A stretch of 64,000 nucleotides of DNA from Lytechinus pictus. Taxonomy: Eukaryota. Below the pieces are notes generated by a model that worked only from the letters and a program-made list of their open reading frames with translations, was not told the origin of the DNA and made no database searches. The stretch covers positions 23,684,001 through 23,748,000 of the forward strand of contig NC_087246.1 of NCBI RefSeq assembly GCF_037042905.1. The letters run 5' to 3'. This document shows, one piece after another, positions 49,804 to 64,000 of this stretch (position 1 is its first letter; each line of letters starts with the position of its first letter). Both the position numbers and the translations under genes were made by a program.

Positions 49804-51862
49804 TTTTATTCTATGTACTGCGTTATGCATGCAATATGAAATGAAACAAAAATAAATTTATTTTTTTGTAGATTTTTCAGTGTGTATAGGAAAGTTCTTG
49901 ATTGAATAGCAATGGGTTACAACTTTGGCCATATCTATACAGGGAACATACATCCAGGTTCTAAATTATAATTAGAAGAAGCATAGTGAGTGGATAATAT
50001 CAGCTACTTATTTGCATATTCCCTGCATTCGATGTCTTCAAACAAACCAGCTAAAATGACTGAATCAAAGAATCGGATGGGTGCAAGTGTTCTCATATTT
50101 GACTATTTTCTGGTTCCATCTGACTAGAACACAGTCATTTATGACTAGAATTTAGGAGAAAATATGACTTGACATAAGGCAATGGTTCCCACTTCTTTCC
50201 TTTATAAATATGGATTTATTTATTCATTTTACCATTCCACGATCTAACGTATTATATAGCAAGGTAAATTCATGTTGTTTTTTTTTGGATTACATTGAAA
50301 TGAAATATAGGCCTAACTCCATTATAAACATGAAATAGTCACAAATTTAAAGAAAAACTTGTGCAACATATAGTACTTGAAAGTCTCGCAAAGTGAATGG
50401 ATCGAGAGGGGGTTGTAAGGAGTGAATATCATTATCAATCAAAGATAATCTACAAAAACAGCAAAAAAAAAGATGTTATACATTTCAAAATTATAATTGA
50501 AAACTCAATTCAATAACACATTTATATCAATTTAACTATCCCTATCGAGATTATCACTGATGAAACCTTAAACAAATAATTAAAGGAGAACAAAAATCTT
50601 AATTTATACTCACACAATCAATCAAAATCTTTCTTACTAGAAGAAGGATGTCCTCGGAGCTGTATAGATAAGATCGCTTTGCGAGGATTAATGCCTATAA
50701 ATGAGATGTTCAGTAATGATCATCATCCTTTATATTTTTCACTCGGGTAGTTCCATTTCGAGATAGGGGTGAGGAAGCGGTTTTATTTCAGTGGTATCGA
50801 TACCAAACTAAATTTTGTTATAGTCATGCTCTTCGTCAATGCATGGAGGTAAACTGCCCTACATATATTATACACCGAAAAACACCATGTTCAAATTACA
50901 CCATTGGTGTTCATTGCGGATAATGGATTTTACACCGGACCAGTGTAAGTTTCATTGCAATCCCAACTGGTTTCATCAGATATCTTTAAATGAATTCCGA
51001 TGCCTACTTGAAAGCCATTTTGTATTTGAGATGCTCAAACTTGATAGTGTTTGTAATTTTAACACTGAAGGCTTGGCTCGATCATCTCACAAAACCGAAT
51101 CTTGTGATTCTTTACATCTTACCTTTTCAGTGTATATAGGAAAAGAAAGCAAGTGACGAAAGTAACATTCCCTCATGACAATAATTTCAAAATGACAATG
51201 TAGATGATGTGCACTGACGTCAAGGGCATTATGATAAAGGGGTAATATGGGGGAGACTCTTCCGATTGACTTCTATTCATTGCCATTCTTTGATTAATCA
51301 CAAATATTTGTTTAACGGAGCTCTGGTTGCTTCCTTAGAGAGAGGGAACGTTTCAAACAGGTGAAAAGCTTCGTGCAATTGAAGGGTTATTTTGTTACCA
51401 AAAAAAAGACCTATGTGTATAGGCCTATACTGTAATCTCGAATCTACGATGAAAAAACATTTTAACACTGTTAGAACAATCTAAAAAAGAAAATGATGAT
51501 AGAAATACATATTCACTTTTCACAATGAACCATATTTAGGTAAAAATTATTCTTCTCTATATTTTCTTCATCTTCTTCTTCTCCTCCTTTTTTTCTTCTT
51601 CTTCTTTTTGTTATTATTCTTTTTCCTTCTTCGCATTAAGGCCTATTATCAACATTTTTCTTCTTTGCATTTGCATGATTTATACAAGTATGGGGGCTGC
51701 TCGTACGTGACGTAACGCACAACTGAAATATTACAAATTCATGTCTCTGTATTTTGTTTAGTTTTGTTGTTGTTGTTGTTGATGGGTAGTCACCAATTGT
51801 TCATCAATATTACCTTCCATACTTCTGCTGCTATCAAAACTTACATGAAGTCCCATTTGCGT

Positions 51863-53131
51863 TTACTTCGAAGAAAACATCAGTCTTTTGAAAGCTTTTC
51901 TGAAATCCTTGTTGAAGCCGTATAAGAAAGGGTTTAGAGTTGAGTTTAGATAGGCCAGCCAATAAGACATGTCATAAAGTCTAAGGGGGATACAGTTACA
52001 GTATGAATTGATGGGGAAGAGTGTCACGAATGATATCCAGCAACCGATAAATGCTACAACAATGATACCAAGAGTGCGAGCTCTCCGCTGATGAAGACGA
52101 AGCTTCTCTAGATTCCGGAGGTGGACGCGCTTGGCTCTGAAGCATTCACTTGAATGAGAGATAATCTTACTATGAGAATCTGCTAATTGTGCTTCCTGGG
52201 GGCTCTGAAATTGTGATATCTCTTTAGTGTTTCCATTGGTTACTTGACGACACGTTTCTCCATCTTCCGTAATGTGAAGGTCGTTCATTTTGATGGCATC
52301 TTCAATTGATTTAGATGTTACTTTCAATGAAATTGTTGAGATTGTTAAATTTGTTTCGCCTACAGGGATGGACTCAGGAACGACTGTCTCCTGAAAGCAA
52401 CAACATGGCATATTTTTGTAGCACGGTTGGGAAGGTCTAATTTGTGGATCCTGAGAGCTTTGGAACTTAAGCAGATTTTGCTTTAAAGCGTAGAGCATCT
52501 TGAAGTAAAGGTATACCATTGATCCCATGGGAATGAAGTAGATGATGGTATTCGAAAGCAACACGTAAATAAAACCTGGTAAATAGAGGCAGGCAGAGCC
52601 TATTGCGAAGCTACCTACGACGAATCTATGTACCAACACCGCAGGAACCCAGGACAGAACAGCCATTGTCCAGATGAAGCCGACAAACAGCAGCGCCCTC
52701 TGTTTCCGTTGTCTTTGAAAGTACTTCACAGGCTGTGTGATGGCCCAGTACCGGTTTAGCGAGATCATGCAGATGGTAAAGACTGATGCGGAAACACAAG
52801 TGAAGTCAACGACGATCCAGAGCTCACAAACAAATGGGCCTAATGGCCATCTTCCAAGAATGGTATAAACACTAAACATTGGAATTACAAAGATCCCGAC
52901 TAAAAGATCAGCACACGCAAGACTGATGATGTAGTAGTTGCTATTCCGACGTAATCTCATATCAACGCACACAAGAATGATAAGGGTGACATTTGCAAGA
53001 ACTGTGGTGAGTGACATCAGAGACGCAAGGGAAATGAAGAAGCAGTTTTGCCAAGTAAACTGAAAAGAAAAGGAATTATCCGACGTAGTCCCGTTAAAAT
53101 ACAAATCCATTGATTCGTTAGAACTAGACAT
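51863..53131 (-). CDS. Class A aminergic GPCR (histamine H1/muscarinic-like), paralog 2, intronless CDS, 422 aa
   Basis: Same motifs as paralog 1 with near-identical TM blocks (LACADL, GRWPLGP, ACLYLPGFIYVLLSNTI, NSTLNPFLYGFNKDFRKA); NRY replaces DRY. Confidence 0.93.
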   Translation of the reverse strand: MSSSNESMDLYFNGTTSDNSFSFQFTWQNCFFISLASLMSLTTVLANVTLIILVCVDMRLRRNSNYYIISLACADLLVGIFVIPMFSVYTILGRWPLGPFVCELWIVVDFTCVSASVFTICMISLNRYWAITQPVKYFQRQRKQRALLFVGFIWTMAVLSWVPAVLVHRFVVGSFAIGSACLYLPGFIYVLLSNTIIYFIPMGSMVYLYFKMLYALKQNLLKFQSSQDPQIRPSQPCYKNMPCCCFQETVVPESIPVGETNLTISTISLKVTSKSIEDAIKMNDLHITEDGETCRQVTNGNTKEISQFQSPQEAQLADSHSKIISHSSECFRAKRVHLRNLEKLRLHQRRARTLGIIVVAFIGCWISFVTLFPINSYCNCIPLRLYDMSYWLAYLNSTLNPFLYGFNKDFRKAFKRLMFSSK

Positions 53132-54910
53132 GACTCAAAGGTATCCTTTCTCGAAACACTGAGATTTATAACCAGAACGATGCGACACGCAAAGATTTCC
53201 CATCCTATTCTAAACGTGTCTTTTGATTCACTGCGTCGAGTATAAATTGCTTCAGCTTATTCCCCAAATCAAGAATGATCGATTAGGTTATACACCCACC
53301 AACACTTACTATTAACTGTTCGCGGAGCGAAGTTCCTATCTGCTAGATAGGTTGGTCATGTGTATAGTAATTTGTTTGTAGAAGGGAAGGTGCAACGTGC
53401 TCTCGTGAATAGAATCACGATGAAGGTGAGACTTTCATGATAAAAACGTGACCAGCTCCAATCCTGATAAATCACTCCAATAATTTCACAGAGCAACGTG
53501 AAATACGAGGTAAATCTCTTTATAAAACGAGCCGGTTTTATATGGAATTTTGTCATTTATTTTTACATCATAATTCTACAATTTCCGGTCATTTTTTTTT
53601 GCACAATGGTGGCAGGATTTGGGGAGACGAAATACTATTGGTATGATTGATGAGTTGACTTCCAAAAGGCGTTAAATCTACATCTGTTACCTTGTAGTCA
53701 TGTTGTATCTTCTGAGTATTCGAACTTTCGGAATGACAAATCTTCTGAAGAACGAACATCACCCTAGCTGGAAATGTGTTAAAGATTTTTTTTTCAAAGA
53801 CTAGTAAGAATATTGACTTATACTACTGTCTTAATCTGCGCTTTGATTGATTTTTCTCCTTTGGGGGTAATTATCTCCAAATGATGAATTTAGTTTTCAA
53901 AAGCGTTCACCTTGATATTTACATATTCGCGAAACATTCCAAACATCGCATTTCTGGAGGAGTCTGTACCTTTAAAGGTTTTAACAGACGGGCAGACATG
54001 GTACCCCAAACCATCATCACTCTGTATGATATTGTATCGTCATCATAATCACCCCCAACAACATAATTTGTTTGCACATATGAATTTGAATTAATGTCTT
54101 CACTTTTTGCCCTTTCCATCTCTTGCAAAATATGCTTAGCAGTGTTTTTTTAACAAGAAACATACAGAAAACATCAAATCTCGATTTCCATAGGTTTACA
54201 ACAGTTCGTTACAAAGAACTGTTCGTATATAGATAGGCGCAAATCATGTTAATCAGAAAATAAGTATAATTTTACTTATTCTTTCAAGAGGAAGGGATTA
54301 AGAAATTAAAGTAGCGAGCGGTTGTATACTGGTTCTCTAAGTCGTGCGTAAATCTATATTTCATGTCATATAAAAATGGTATGTAGCGTTTCTTAGAAAT
54401 AAACTCTTCATTTGCCTTTTAGAACGAAGTAAATTTATCATGCCTATATGTAGACCCGATTAAGTTTATGAATGAATAGAATGAAAGGGGTTTCCAGATT
54501 GATGGCTAAGATACTGACAGTCGCCCGAAATGACAATTTTGGTCCGTACTATGAACGACCCAAGCAACTATACAGAAGCCTCATAAGTTGGTAAAGAAAG
54601 GCGCAATTTTAAAAGCTCCAGCATCATGCAGAGGTTGGAAGGGTCGCGATTTATCATTTTAGTGTTTGCGCCTGCATGCTGGGAGCCACTGCTTTTCCTT
54701 CACTATCCTGACTGAGAACCCCTTGCTCTACCGCACTCCTCATTTCCATCTCTCTCCCTCTCCCTCCTCTTCCCTTTCATCCTTTATCTGTTTATCTACC
54801 ACTGGCGTACTGACGACCAAGAACCAAAAAAAAAGGGAGAAACGGGAAAGAAAAAGAAAGAGAAGGGTAAAATATGATACTGTTTTCTGAATATCATATC
54901 AAAATCTATC

Positions 54911-55140
54911 CCTAAGAATATCCATGGACTGTTTGAGTTTAACTCACATTTTCATGCTTATAATACCCGATCCTCTCAGAAATTCCACTATTTTGAAGCA
55001 AAAAACCAACTTAGTTTGAATTCTATTCGTCACAGTGGCCCCCGTATTTGGAATGTCATTAATTCTGATATTGCGTCTATCGGTAAATATTATCAACATT
55101 TAAGGTAAAGTACATGTCCACCTTGCTAGCAGGATGTACT
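54911..55140 (+). mobile_element. Decayed CR1-group LINE ORF2 C-terminal fragment
   Basis: PKNIHGLFEFNSHFHAYNTRSSQKFH...SIRHSGPRIWNVI: the H-x-YNTR and GPxIWN motifs are typical of CR1/L2-group ORF2 ends. Confidence 0.65.
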
Positions 55141-55750
55141 GTAAATTGAACTTTTATACAACCTGTTAATTGAACTGTACGTGTGTTTTGTATGTCTCTC
55201 TGTCTTGCCATTAATATTCTAGTTTTTAATGTATATTTTAATTTCCTATGTTTTATTATTACCTTTCGTAGTAGCTCGTGTACATGATTGCGCATGTGCG
55301 CGTGTGTTTTTGTGTATTGCCGTACATTAATTTTGTAAGCTATTTCATTCTACTCTTCCCTCTTCATCTTCTCTAGGCTCTCCTCTCCTGTCTCCACTTT
55401 CATATTTTCGATATACCTCCTAGCTCTGCCGTTTTTCTTCTATTTCTTAAAATTTTTCTCCTATTCTCTTCGCTTACATGATTTATTATCTTTGCACTGT
55501 TATGTTTCACAGGACGATCTATGTCTTACAAACTGTGCTTTTTAATAGATCACCTCAGTTCTGCATTTTAATCATTGTTAATTCATTGTTACTTCATTGA
55601 TGACATGTATAATGTTTTGTAGAATTGAAATAAACTGACATGTATAATGTTTTATAAAACTGTCTATCTATATATCTATCTTTACCTATATCATCTATCT
55701 ATCTCTCACCCCTTCCCCTATAGCCACCCCCCTCTCTCTCTCTCCCTCCC

Positions 55751-55781
<31 letters not shown>

Positions 55782-56480
55782 ATCCCCCCCCCCCTCTGTA
55801 TCTCTCTCTCTCTTCATCCTCGGTAGCTGCCTCCTTTCTTTAAACGTCTAAAATAAATTGATATCTTCCTCGTAATCCTCTCTGGTTTGTTCCCAACCAT
55901 ACATGTATAACTGAACAACCTGTGCATGCATGCAAGCCATAATTATCTCCATTTTCCGTACCAATCAATCAATCTTCCTTTGCAATTTGATGGTCTTAAG
56001 TAATATTAATAAGCAAATATGCTATAAAAAAGGATGGGTTTCGTCGTTTCGTCAAAGCAAAAAGTACACTTTATCTATCTATAATTCATTGTATCTCGAA
56101 TTTATTGTTCCATCTCTAATCAAATTCATTCAGTATTGATTCATTCGTTTTTGTTGAACGCAAACACGGACCAATTGTTCAAATATAAAACAGAATTGAA
56201 TGCTTCAGCAAAGAGCTGATTTGAATATAAACATGAATATTGATCAAACTGCTGAAAAGTTCATAATAGCTGGAAAGCATGCTTGTCAAGCACATCCCTT
56301 CTTATCTTTACGAAGCCTTTAGGATAATGCATCAGTGAATGTCATTACGTTGAATATTGAACAATGATAGGAGTAGGTGTTTACAAATGATTTCTCATAA
56401 GGTAATAAAAAAAGCAGAAAATAAGGGAGAAAGGGGTAAAAAAAAAAAAACGACATGTCAAAGTGTACTGGATCGATAAT

Positions 56481-57010
56481 CCCACCATGGCCTAGCGTCC
56501 TTTGCACTAGCGTACCTACGGGGGGCAGGGAGGGCAGTCTGCCCCCCTGACGAGCCACAACCAATGCAAAGGACGTATCCCTGCCCCCCCTGACGAGCTT
56601 GAAATACCTTTTTTGCCCCCCCTGACGAGCTTGAAGACCTTTATTGCCCCCCCCCCCCCCCTCCTGACGAGCTTGAAGACCTTTTTTTTTTTTTTTTTTT
56701 TTGCTTGTCAAATTTTTTGGCGGACGGTTTTGCCCCCCTGTGGAAAATCCTAGGTACGCCATTGGTCCTTTGGCAAGGCGTCAATCCACAATTTGCCACT
56801 CTCTTGGGTACCCGGTAGGATGCGAAAAGCCTAAGTAGTATGCCTAGCAATATTGGAACTCTTATTGGAATGCTCCCCAGGGAGTGGAGAAGGTGCATAC
56901 ATTGTATGCGAGCATGCCAGGATCCGATATAATAATATATCTGCAAAGCGCTTAGAGACGTCGTTCCGATGTATTTTAAAAGCGCTATATAAAAGCGGAT
57001 TATTATTATC
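56481..57010 (+). mobile_element. SINE with LINE-like 3' tail, interrupted by a MITE
   Basis: gtcctttggcaaggc..aatcca, gggtacccggtag and ggaatgctccccagggag blocks; tail aaagcgcttagagac...aaagcgctatataaaagcggattattatt resembles the L2 3' ends in this window. Confidence 0.55.
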
Positions 57011-57554
57011 TTTTAGTTAGACCTCCACCCCACAAAAAATCGTCATACTTTTTCTCATTGAATAAAAAAATTCAGAATAGTTTTCTTCTCTTTAAGTATA
57101 CGTATATTTTTTTCTTATCTGTCACATTTTTTACAGAGCGAAGTTCCCCTCCCTCATCCTCTAATCAAACTATCCTTTCATTGCGCTGCTACTGTCGATA
57201 TATGGCTGGCATAAATTATTTAATGAATATACGTTCGTGCACAAAAATATTAATAATAGAATAGAATAAATGAAAATAGATAAATAAATAATTGAATGAA
57301 TAAATAAATAACATATAATAATATTGATAATAATCACTGCAAACACACCAGTTTGGAATCAAACCGATGCTGTTTTAATACTATTTGGTGTTGTATAAAC
57401 ACCTATCTGGTGTTAGAACAAAACCAAACTGGTGTTGTTTAACACTTCTATTATATGGTGTGGACATAGATTCCACACTGGAGTTTTGCAGTGGATAATA
57501 ATAAAAATAATAACTATTCTATTTCTCAAGTTTAGTTGAAGATTTCACATATAC

Positions 57555-57765
57555 GCTTCTCAGAATAATCTTGCCTTTTTTAATCGAAGTAACTCTCACT
57601 TAAATCTAGACCTCCCGGTAGAGTTCCCTCAAGCACCGTGATGAGAAAAAAAACAAGCACGTACTGAAATCACAGTCATGCTCAGAAAAATCTTGCCTTG
57701 AAAGTAACTCTCACTTAAATCTAGATTTCCCGGTAGAGTTCCCTCAAGCACCGTGATGAGGGGGG
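57555..57765. repeat. ~115-bp tandem duplication
   Basis: aagtaactctcacttaaatctaga..tcccggtagagttccctcaagcaccgtgatgag occurs twice. Confidence 0.8.
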
Positions 57766-58324
57766 AAGCACTGAAACATTGATGATCGTACAATACTTAC
57801 ATGAATTAAGCCAATACATTACCAGTAATCAGGAGTCTTGAAGTCAAGGACAGGCATGGATTGAAGTTCCAAAGAATGACATGAAAGAAGATTCCAATCT
57901 CTGCTCTCCCATATCTATGCTGACAATAGATGGTACGACGACCTGACGTTATTGAAATTTTGAGGTGTCGGAGATTCGGCCCATAATGACTCTTTTCTAT
58001 CATGTCTATCTGTACTTGATTTCACCACAAGTGTGAATTACCAACCACCAGTGGATAGAATCGAAGGGATTTTTTTGAAATTTTGATGTTATGATTGAAT
58101 TAAAATGTGGAGTTCAAGCAGAGATTTCGAATGAAATTTCGCATACGTCCATGAAAAAAAGGGAAAGTGTAAAAGAAAATGACGGGAGAGGGCACTTGCG
58201 AACAATAAAAGTGTATAATGACATATGCTGAGTGATTTCAAATATGATTTTTACTCTTGATGAATTTGTTTGTCGTGCTTTGCCCCATGAAATAATTTAA
58301 TCTTTGCTGACACGCAACTTAATC

Positions 58325-58885
58325 AAAGGACAAGTCCACCCCAACAAAAAGATGATTTGAATAGAAAAATGAAAATAAAAGAATAACACTGATAATTTCA
58401 CCAAAATCGGATCTGAAAGAAGAAAGTTATGACATTAAAGTTTTTCTAAATTTCACAAAACAGTTATATGCACATCCTGGTCAGTATGTAATTGAGGGGA
58501 CCGATGACATCACCCACTCAATATTTCTTTTGTATTTATTATATGAAATATTTGAATTTTCACCTAATTGTCATGCGGAAAAAGTCCCTGATCAAGTGGA
58601 ATTCGGTTGTTTTAACAGTTTGTGGTTCAAATAAGATGGTCAAAATTGTCAAATCCGTAAAAAATGAAATTGTATAATTCAAACAAAAAATTTAACATCA
58701 TCGACTCTTTCATTTGCATATCACTGAGTTGAGCATAGAACTGTTTCGTGAAAAATAACCGACACTTTAAAATGTCATAGCTTTCTTATTTTCCATCCGA
58801 TTTTGATGAAGTTTTGAGCATTATTCTTGTTTGATTTTTCTCTATTATTCAAATCATTTTTTTCTGGGGTGGACTTAACCTTTAA
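58325..58885. mobile_element. TTAA-associated (Kolobok-like) non-autonomous element
   Basis: aaaggacaagtccacccca ... tggggtggacttaacctttaa termini, with long internal inverted blocks (caaaatcggat / atccgattttg). Confidence 0.65.
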
Positions 58886-60769
58886 GGTCGTGTCAACATT
58901 GGTAAGGTCAGAGTTCCATGTTTTTCTTAACCGCGGTTTACTATATAAAATGTCACCCCCTTCCCCTCCCTTGTTTTCTAATCAATTGACTTTTGTCTAT
59001 AATTATGACCATGCCATTTGAGTTACGAGTATCAACTAAAATAATGTATACAAATAAAATTATCCACGAAATACAAAAAAAATCTTTATACAAAGTTTCT
59101 GTATTTTGTATAAAGGACAAATCAGACTTTATTTTATATTTCTTTCTATTTTTCCGTCACACACATCACTTCTATACTTCTATATAAAAGATTATCGAAC
59201 TCCTGCAAATCTGCATACATTTTAGACATTAAACATTGCACACATTAAAACTCATTGACACACCATACAAATTAAACTTTTCAAGTATACTTTTGAACTT
59301 CAAATATAGCGCTTAAATGCTACTTGTAATTATCAAAGGAAAGAATTCAATCGAAGAAACTGAATCAAGAAAAAATATATGGGTGACATTATTGATATAA
59401 AAAAACATGACAATGAATTTTGAATAAACATTTCATTTTCTATTTCAAATTATGTAATGTCTTTTAAAATATCACTTCAATTGTGCAATGGTCAGACAAA
59501 ATGACATGACTGAAATCATTGCAAACTTTCAAATGAAATTATGTTGTAATAGAACATAATTTGATAATTTGTATGTTTCAATGACGTACCTGCCATGGAT
59601 CCTTTGAAATGTGAAAAAAGCATTATTTGATTTTGTTACAAAAATGTTTAATGATGCACATCACCTGCCAGTCTTTATTTTCTCTAAGTGACATGACAAA
59701 TTGGCAATCTCGGGAGTATAGGTTCTGTGAATGCGACGAGTCTCCTGACCAAGTTTGCCCCCCCCCCCCCATTTCACAACTAAGGGGGTGGAAGAAGTAA
59801 AGGTAAAAAAAAAACAGAAAAGAAAAGGAATGGGGGTGAAATATGATACAATTTTCGATTGATAGGTCAAAAATATCACGATATTGAAATTTCCTTTTAA
59901 AATGGCCAACTTTTTCGCTCACTAGAGGCTTTTCACATATTTTGGCTCACACGTCATGTAGTCCCCCCTCGGGTACTGATCAAGATATACATTTTTATTG
60001 TTTTATTTTATTGAACATAATTAATACAGGATTAACAAAAGCAAACAATTGAATCATCAAAGCTGTTTTTCATCGATGTCCTGTCAACACATGAATATAC
60101 ATAAAAATAAACCAATTATTACTTTAACTATTACCTAAAAGTTTTTTTAACAATTGCCAAGAAGCAATACCAGTAATAAGCTTCAATATATATTTACTGA
60201 CACCTTCATTTCACATTTTGTGTTCGTGCTTTTATCGTCTTTGTATGGTATATCAAAAAAGAGCTACAATATTAATTCGTTCGGGTTTCTCAACGAAAAA
60301 TCTCGTATGATAAAAAAAATGATCATTTTCAGGACAATTATTTGAAAACTGCGTCATCGACAAAAATGATGAATGCATCATGAGCCAGATCAGCCAAAAG
60401 TATCCTTTCTCTCACCACAACTGGATTGTAAGAAGAAATTTTATTCCGGTTCAATAATCATGATAATGAAACGTATGAGCGGGTATACCGCCCATTTCGG
60501 TATAGCCATCGTGTCCATTGTCGTTGAGGCATTTGGTGATTGGATCCTTCATAATTCATTAAACAAAATAAGGTTAACGAATTCATCTAACCATTAACCG
60601 TAATAGCCTGGGGCGGAATTGGCGCCCCGCCCCCCCCCCCCCCCCCTCTCGACATTTTTCTCTAAAATCCGGCGTGCGAAATTTTTGGACCGCGCCGCTT
60701 GCTGACATTTCACTTTCAAGTCTCGCGCAATTGACTTTTGACATCAAATTTGCGACGCCCCGGTATTGG

Positions 60770-60842
60770 AGATCCGAGGCTCGGTGGTTCGATTCACGGC
60801 ACCGCACATTATGCCCTTGAGCATGGCATTTTATCCACAATG
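60770..60842 (+). mobile_element. tRNA-derived SINE head fragment
   Basis: B-box GGTTCGATTC followed by tgcccttgagcatggcattttatccaca; no full cloverleaf. Confidence 0.45.
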
Positions 60843-63800
60843 CCGTTGTATCGTACATGAAATAAATCAAAATGCTATATGAATAACATTATAACAATGT
60901 GAAGACTTTTGGGGTTTTTAAGTCTGTTCAAAGAAAATTTGCTGTTTGGGGTTGTATTTAGGTGATTAGAGCAAATTCTAATTAGCATAATTGATTCAAA
61001 TAATTATGTTTTATTATTTTGGAAAAAAATAACCATACAGCCTTGTACATTTCAGAGCACTCTACCCTGCGCAAATTTTCTTGGCGCTCGCGCGATCGGC
61101 GGCCGAGATATCGGAGGGGGGATCCCCCCCCCCCCCACCCATGCACCCCTCCGCTATCAGATGGGTCCAAATAATCTGGCTCTGTCAGGGTGAAGGAAAG
61201 CCCCAATGATCACGCCAAATAAGCAGATTGATTTTTGAATCATTCATGTGGGTCTATCATAATGGCTGAATGTCGTTTCCGGTTTTTTTTGCTGTGTGTG
61301 TTATTATTGTTGTGTGTCTTCATTTTGGATAATGTCAGTAATTCCATCACCTGATGCATCAACGATCATGGAGAGGAACATATACCAAATCAAAATAAGT
61401 ACTTTCTAATGAATATCTCATAAATTATTGAACTGGCATGGTTTTCTTATCAATTCATTCGCTTGAGTTGGCAAGACAAGAAGTTAATATCGACGTGGGA
61501 AGTCCACAGAAAAGAACAAAAGAGACAAGTATTTTGTTCGTCATTTACGTTATTAGGTTATGTGTTGTGTGTTTTGGGCCTTCTTATTTTCACCAATATA
61601 TTAGATACCTAAGAAGATCAGTGACGTATTCCAAATGCATTATACATTATTTTTCTATCGCTAATATTATCCTTATCAGCATCATCATTTTTATCATAAT
61701 CGTTTTTTTTTACCGTGTGAAAATAAAATTTATCTATCTATCCTTATAAATGAAATTTGACGGATCAGCAAAAATCAACAATATCTAGCAGTACACGGAG
61801 AGAGAGAGGGGGCAGCACCCCCCCCCCCCCATATATACCCACCCCTTAATTGTTTTCTTTATTGGACAACATTTCAATGGAAGAGCAACCATTCTTTTTA
61901 ACCTGATCCATTGAATTGGGAGTTTGGTGTAAATACCCTTTGCTTCTTCGGGAGTCAAACAAAATTACATTTTGCATATAGCTCGAATCTAACGACGCTT
62001 GTTTATGTGCCCTTGAATTAAAAAAATAGTTGCTAAGCAGACACGCAAATATTCTGAATACTATAATCTGAATGCAAGTACTTTTTTCCGAATATGATTC
62101 TATTTTCTATAAACCATGATTGATATCGGTACAAAATGAATTAAGTTAACGATATTGCATACATAATTCTTATTGTTAAAATAACTGGATTCTTTGTTTG
62201 AACATCATTCATTAATGAACACAATTTATTATCACTGAATGGAAGATACACACCATTTTATTAAGCCTACAATTGATTCTGTTTACAATTTAATTTGGTT
62301 GCTTTATATGGAAACATTTTCAATTTTTTCGCACTCGGCTTGTATATCGTTACCAGACACGACCATGGTTAACGATCTCGAAGTAGAAATTTCTGCTTCA
62401 CTGCGCCATTATCGTTACAATCTGGTAGAAGATGCACGGGATATTCATCAATAAATGTTTCTGTATATACCTGCCACCCCCCCCCCCCCACACACACACA
62501 TTATCCTTCTCCCTTTACTCCATCCCCCTTTCTTCATCACTTTTCTATATTAGCCATTTTCTCCACTCATCCATCTTTCGCTATCTATCCTCTCTTTTGT
62601 CAGCCCTCTCTTCACTCTCCCTCTCCCCTATCTCTCCCTCTCTCTTTCTTTCTACATTACCATCCACATCAAACTATCTTGTTTTCCTGTTGTCCATTTC
62701 TATCATAGATCACTGGTGCATAGTTTAGACTAATCTGAAAATTCAAGAGGATAGATACCCGGTAAGATCTGACTCAGAAGAACTTCATCTCCATGCCAAC
62801 TGATAGAAAGCGGCTTTGAAAACCCAGATTATAATATAATTTATTAGAAATTTCTGTCATTTGTACTTGGTATTCATTTCTGGCTATAATGGATTTAATC
62901 AAAAGAGGTAGACCCTATTTCAAATAGCAATTCATAGACTATGAATGGCTTCACTAGTAAACTGAGATAAAAAGAGCCCAAGTTTAATGCTGTCGCATTT
63001 AACTAATAAAACTTTATTTCAAGTAAATCTCGATGGGCAACGAATTATGTATTCATCATGAAAAACATCTCAACATTAAGAAGTTTTATGTACATTTACC
63101 TGCTGAAATGATTAGCGACAAACAAGAAATATTCAAGTCAAGTCATAAAGTCATGCATAACTTCATAAACAGCTTAATGAAAATGGGTCCACAAACCATT
63201 ATAATTTCTTTAAAAACCCACTCGCCATATCAAAATCAAATTTCATGCCTCACGCAACGTTGCATTGTGTGTTCTTCAGAGAATACTGAAAGTATGATAG
63301 TCAAGGGAAAGAACCATTAAAAAAATAAAAAACACAACCACGATACATGTTTGTAATTCAAACTTCGTGTTTTGTTTTAAATCCAATTTCATACATGTTT
63401 GCCATAAAAGTACATTTCCAAAGTGATTATCTGGCTTTGAGATTACATACACCATCGATGAAGGTAAGGTGTACTTCCTAAGGATAAAATATTGAATTGC
63501 AACCAAAAACAAGCTCAGTCTCCATGGGATATGTTTGTAATATATACAAATCAATGGTAATGTACATTGAAATGACAAAGGGAAAGAATTCCCAAGCTCT
63601 TAAAATAGTAGGTATTCTTTGAAATTCGAAAACACAAAAGTTGGGCAAGGGAATTGCAGTCCATTACCACATTCAAATTTTTAAAAGAAATATGGATTTT
63701 CCACTCATCTCAAATCTGTATGAGTAGCAAAGTACAGAAAGCGAGTTTGAGTAGTGATTAACAGGAAAAATTTATATAGTAGAACAAATTTGCCGTTTGT

Positions 63801-64000
63801 GGGTGGGTTGTTGTTGTTTTTTGGGGGAGGGGGGATGTGATCAACATTACGATCCATGTAAGCTCCAAGGACTCATTTTGTCAGCAGCCTAACATTTTCA
63901 TTATCATATCAACTATTTACAATCCATGAACAAGAGCTTTGGCTAAAATGGAGTAAAACAATGGTCCTCCATGAACTATGATACCATAATGAATACAATA

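Noticed and set aside
56319-56946. ORFs of 101-147 aa rich in G and K (similar at 21343-21705)
   Set aside because: They arise from poly-G and poly-A tracts in a multi-copy MITE.
60770-60842. Possible tRNA gene
   Set aside because: Only a B-box/T-arm is present and it runs into SINE body sequence; no cloverleaf.

Overview
Eukaryotic, AT-rich, intron- and repeat-rich genomic DNA. The repeat and gene types suggest a deuterostome invertebrate, probably a sea urchin (inference only). There are four host genes. On +, two tandem single-pass type I membrane genes can be assembled from GT/AG-bounded phase-1 exons. Gene A (6 exons, 2280-13344, ~752 aa) has a signal peptide, two Cys-enriched WSC domains each followed by a one-Cys linker exon, a TM helix and a long Tyr-motif tail. 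Gene B (3 exons, 18417-21295, ~426 aa) has a signal peptide, a ~30-aa ectodomain, a TM helix and a tail with eleven 14-aa repeats and Tyr motifs. A and B share C-terminal homology that continues past A's stop codon. On -, two paralogous intronless aminergic (H1/muscarinic-like) GPCRs both lack the TM6 proline, and one has NRY instead of DRY. Mobile DNA includes a 1222-bp non-autonomous Transib-type element with CACAGTG (RSS heptamer) ends, nonamer-like blocks at 12/23 spacing and a perfect 5-bp CGCCG TSD. Also present are an intron-containing Harbinger transposase pseudogene, a young 5'-truncated L2/CR1-group LINE, a fragmented Ingi/Vingi-like LINE with nested insertions, many MITEs, SINE fragments and tandem repeats. 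No rRNA, tRNA gene or CRISPR array was seen. All calls come from reading the sequence; no database searches were run.
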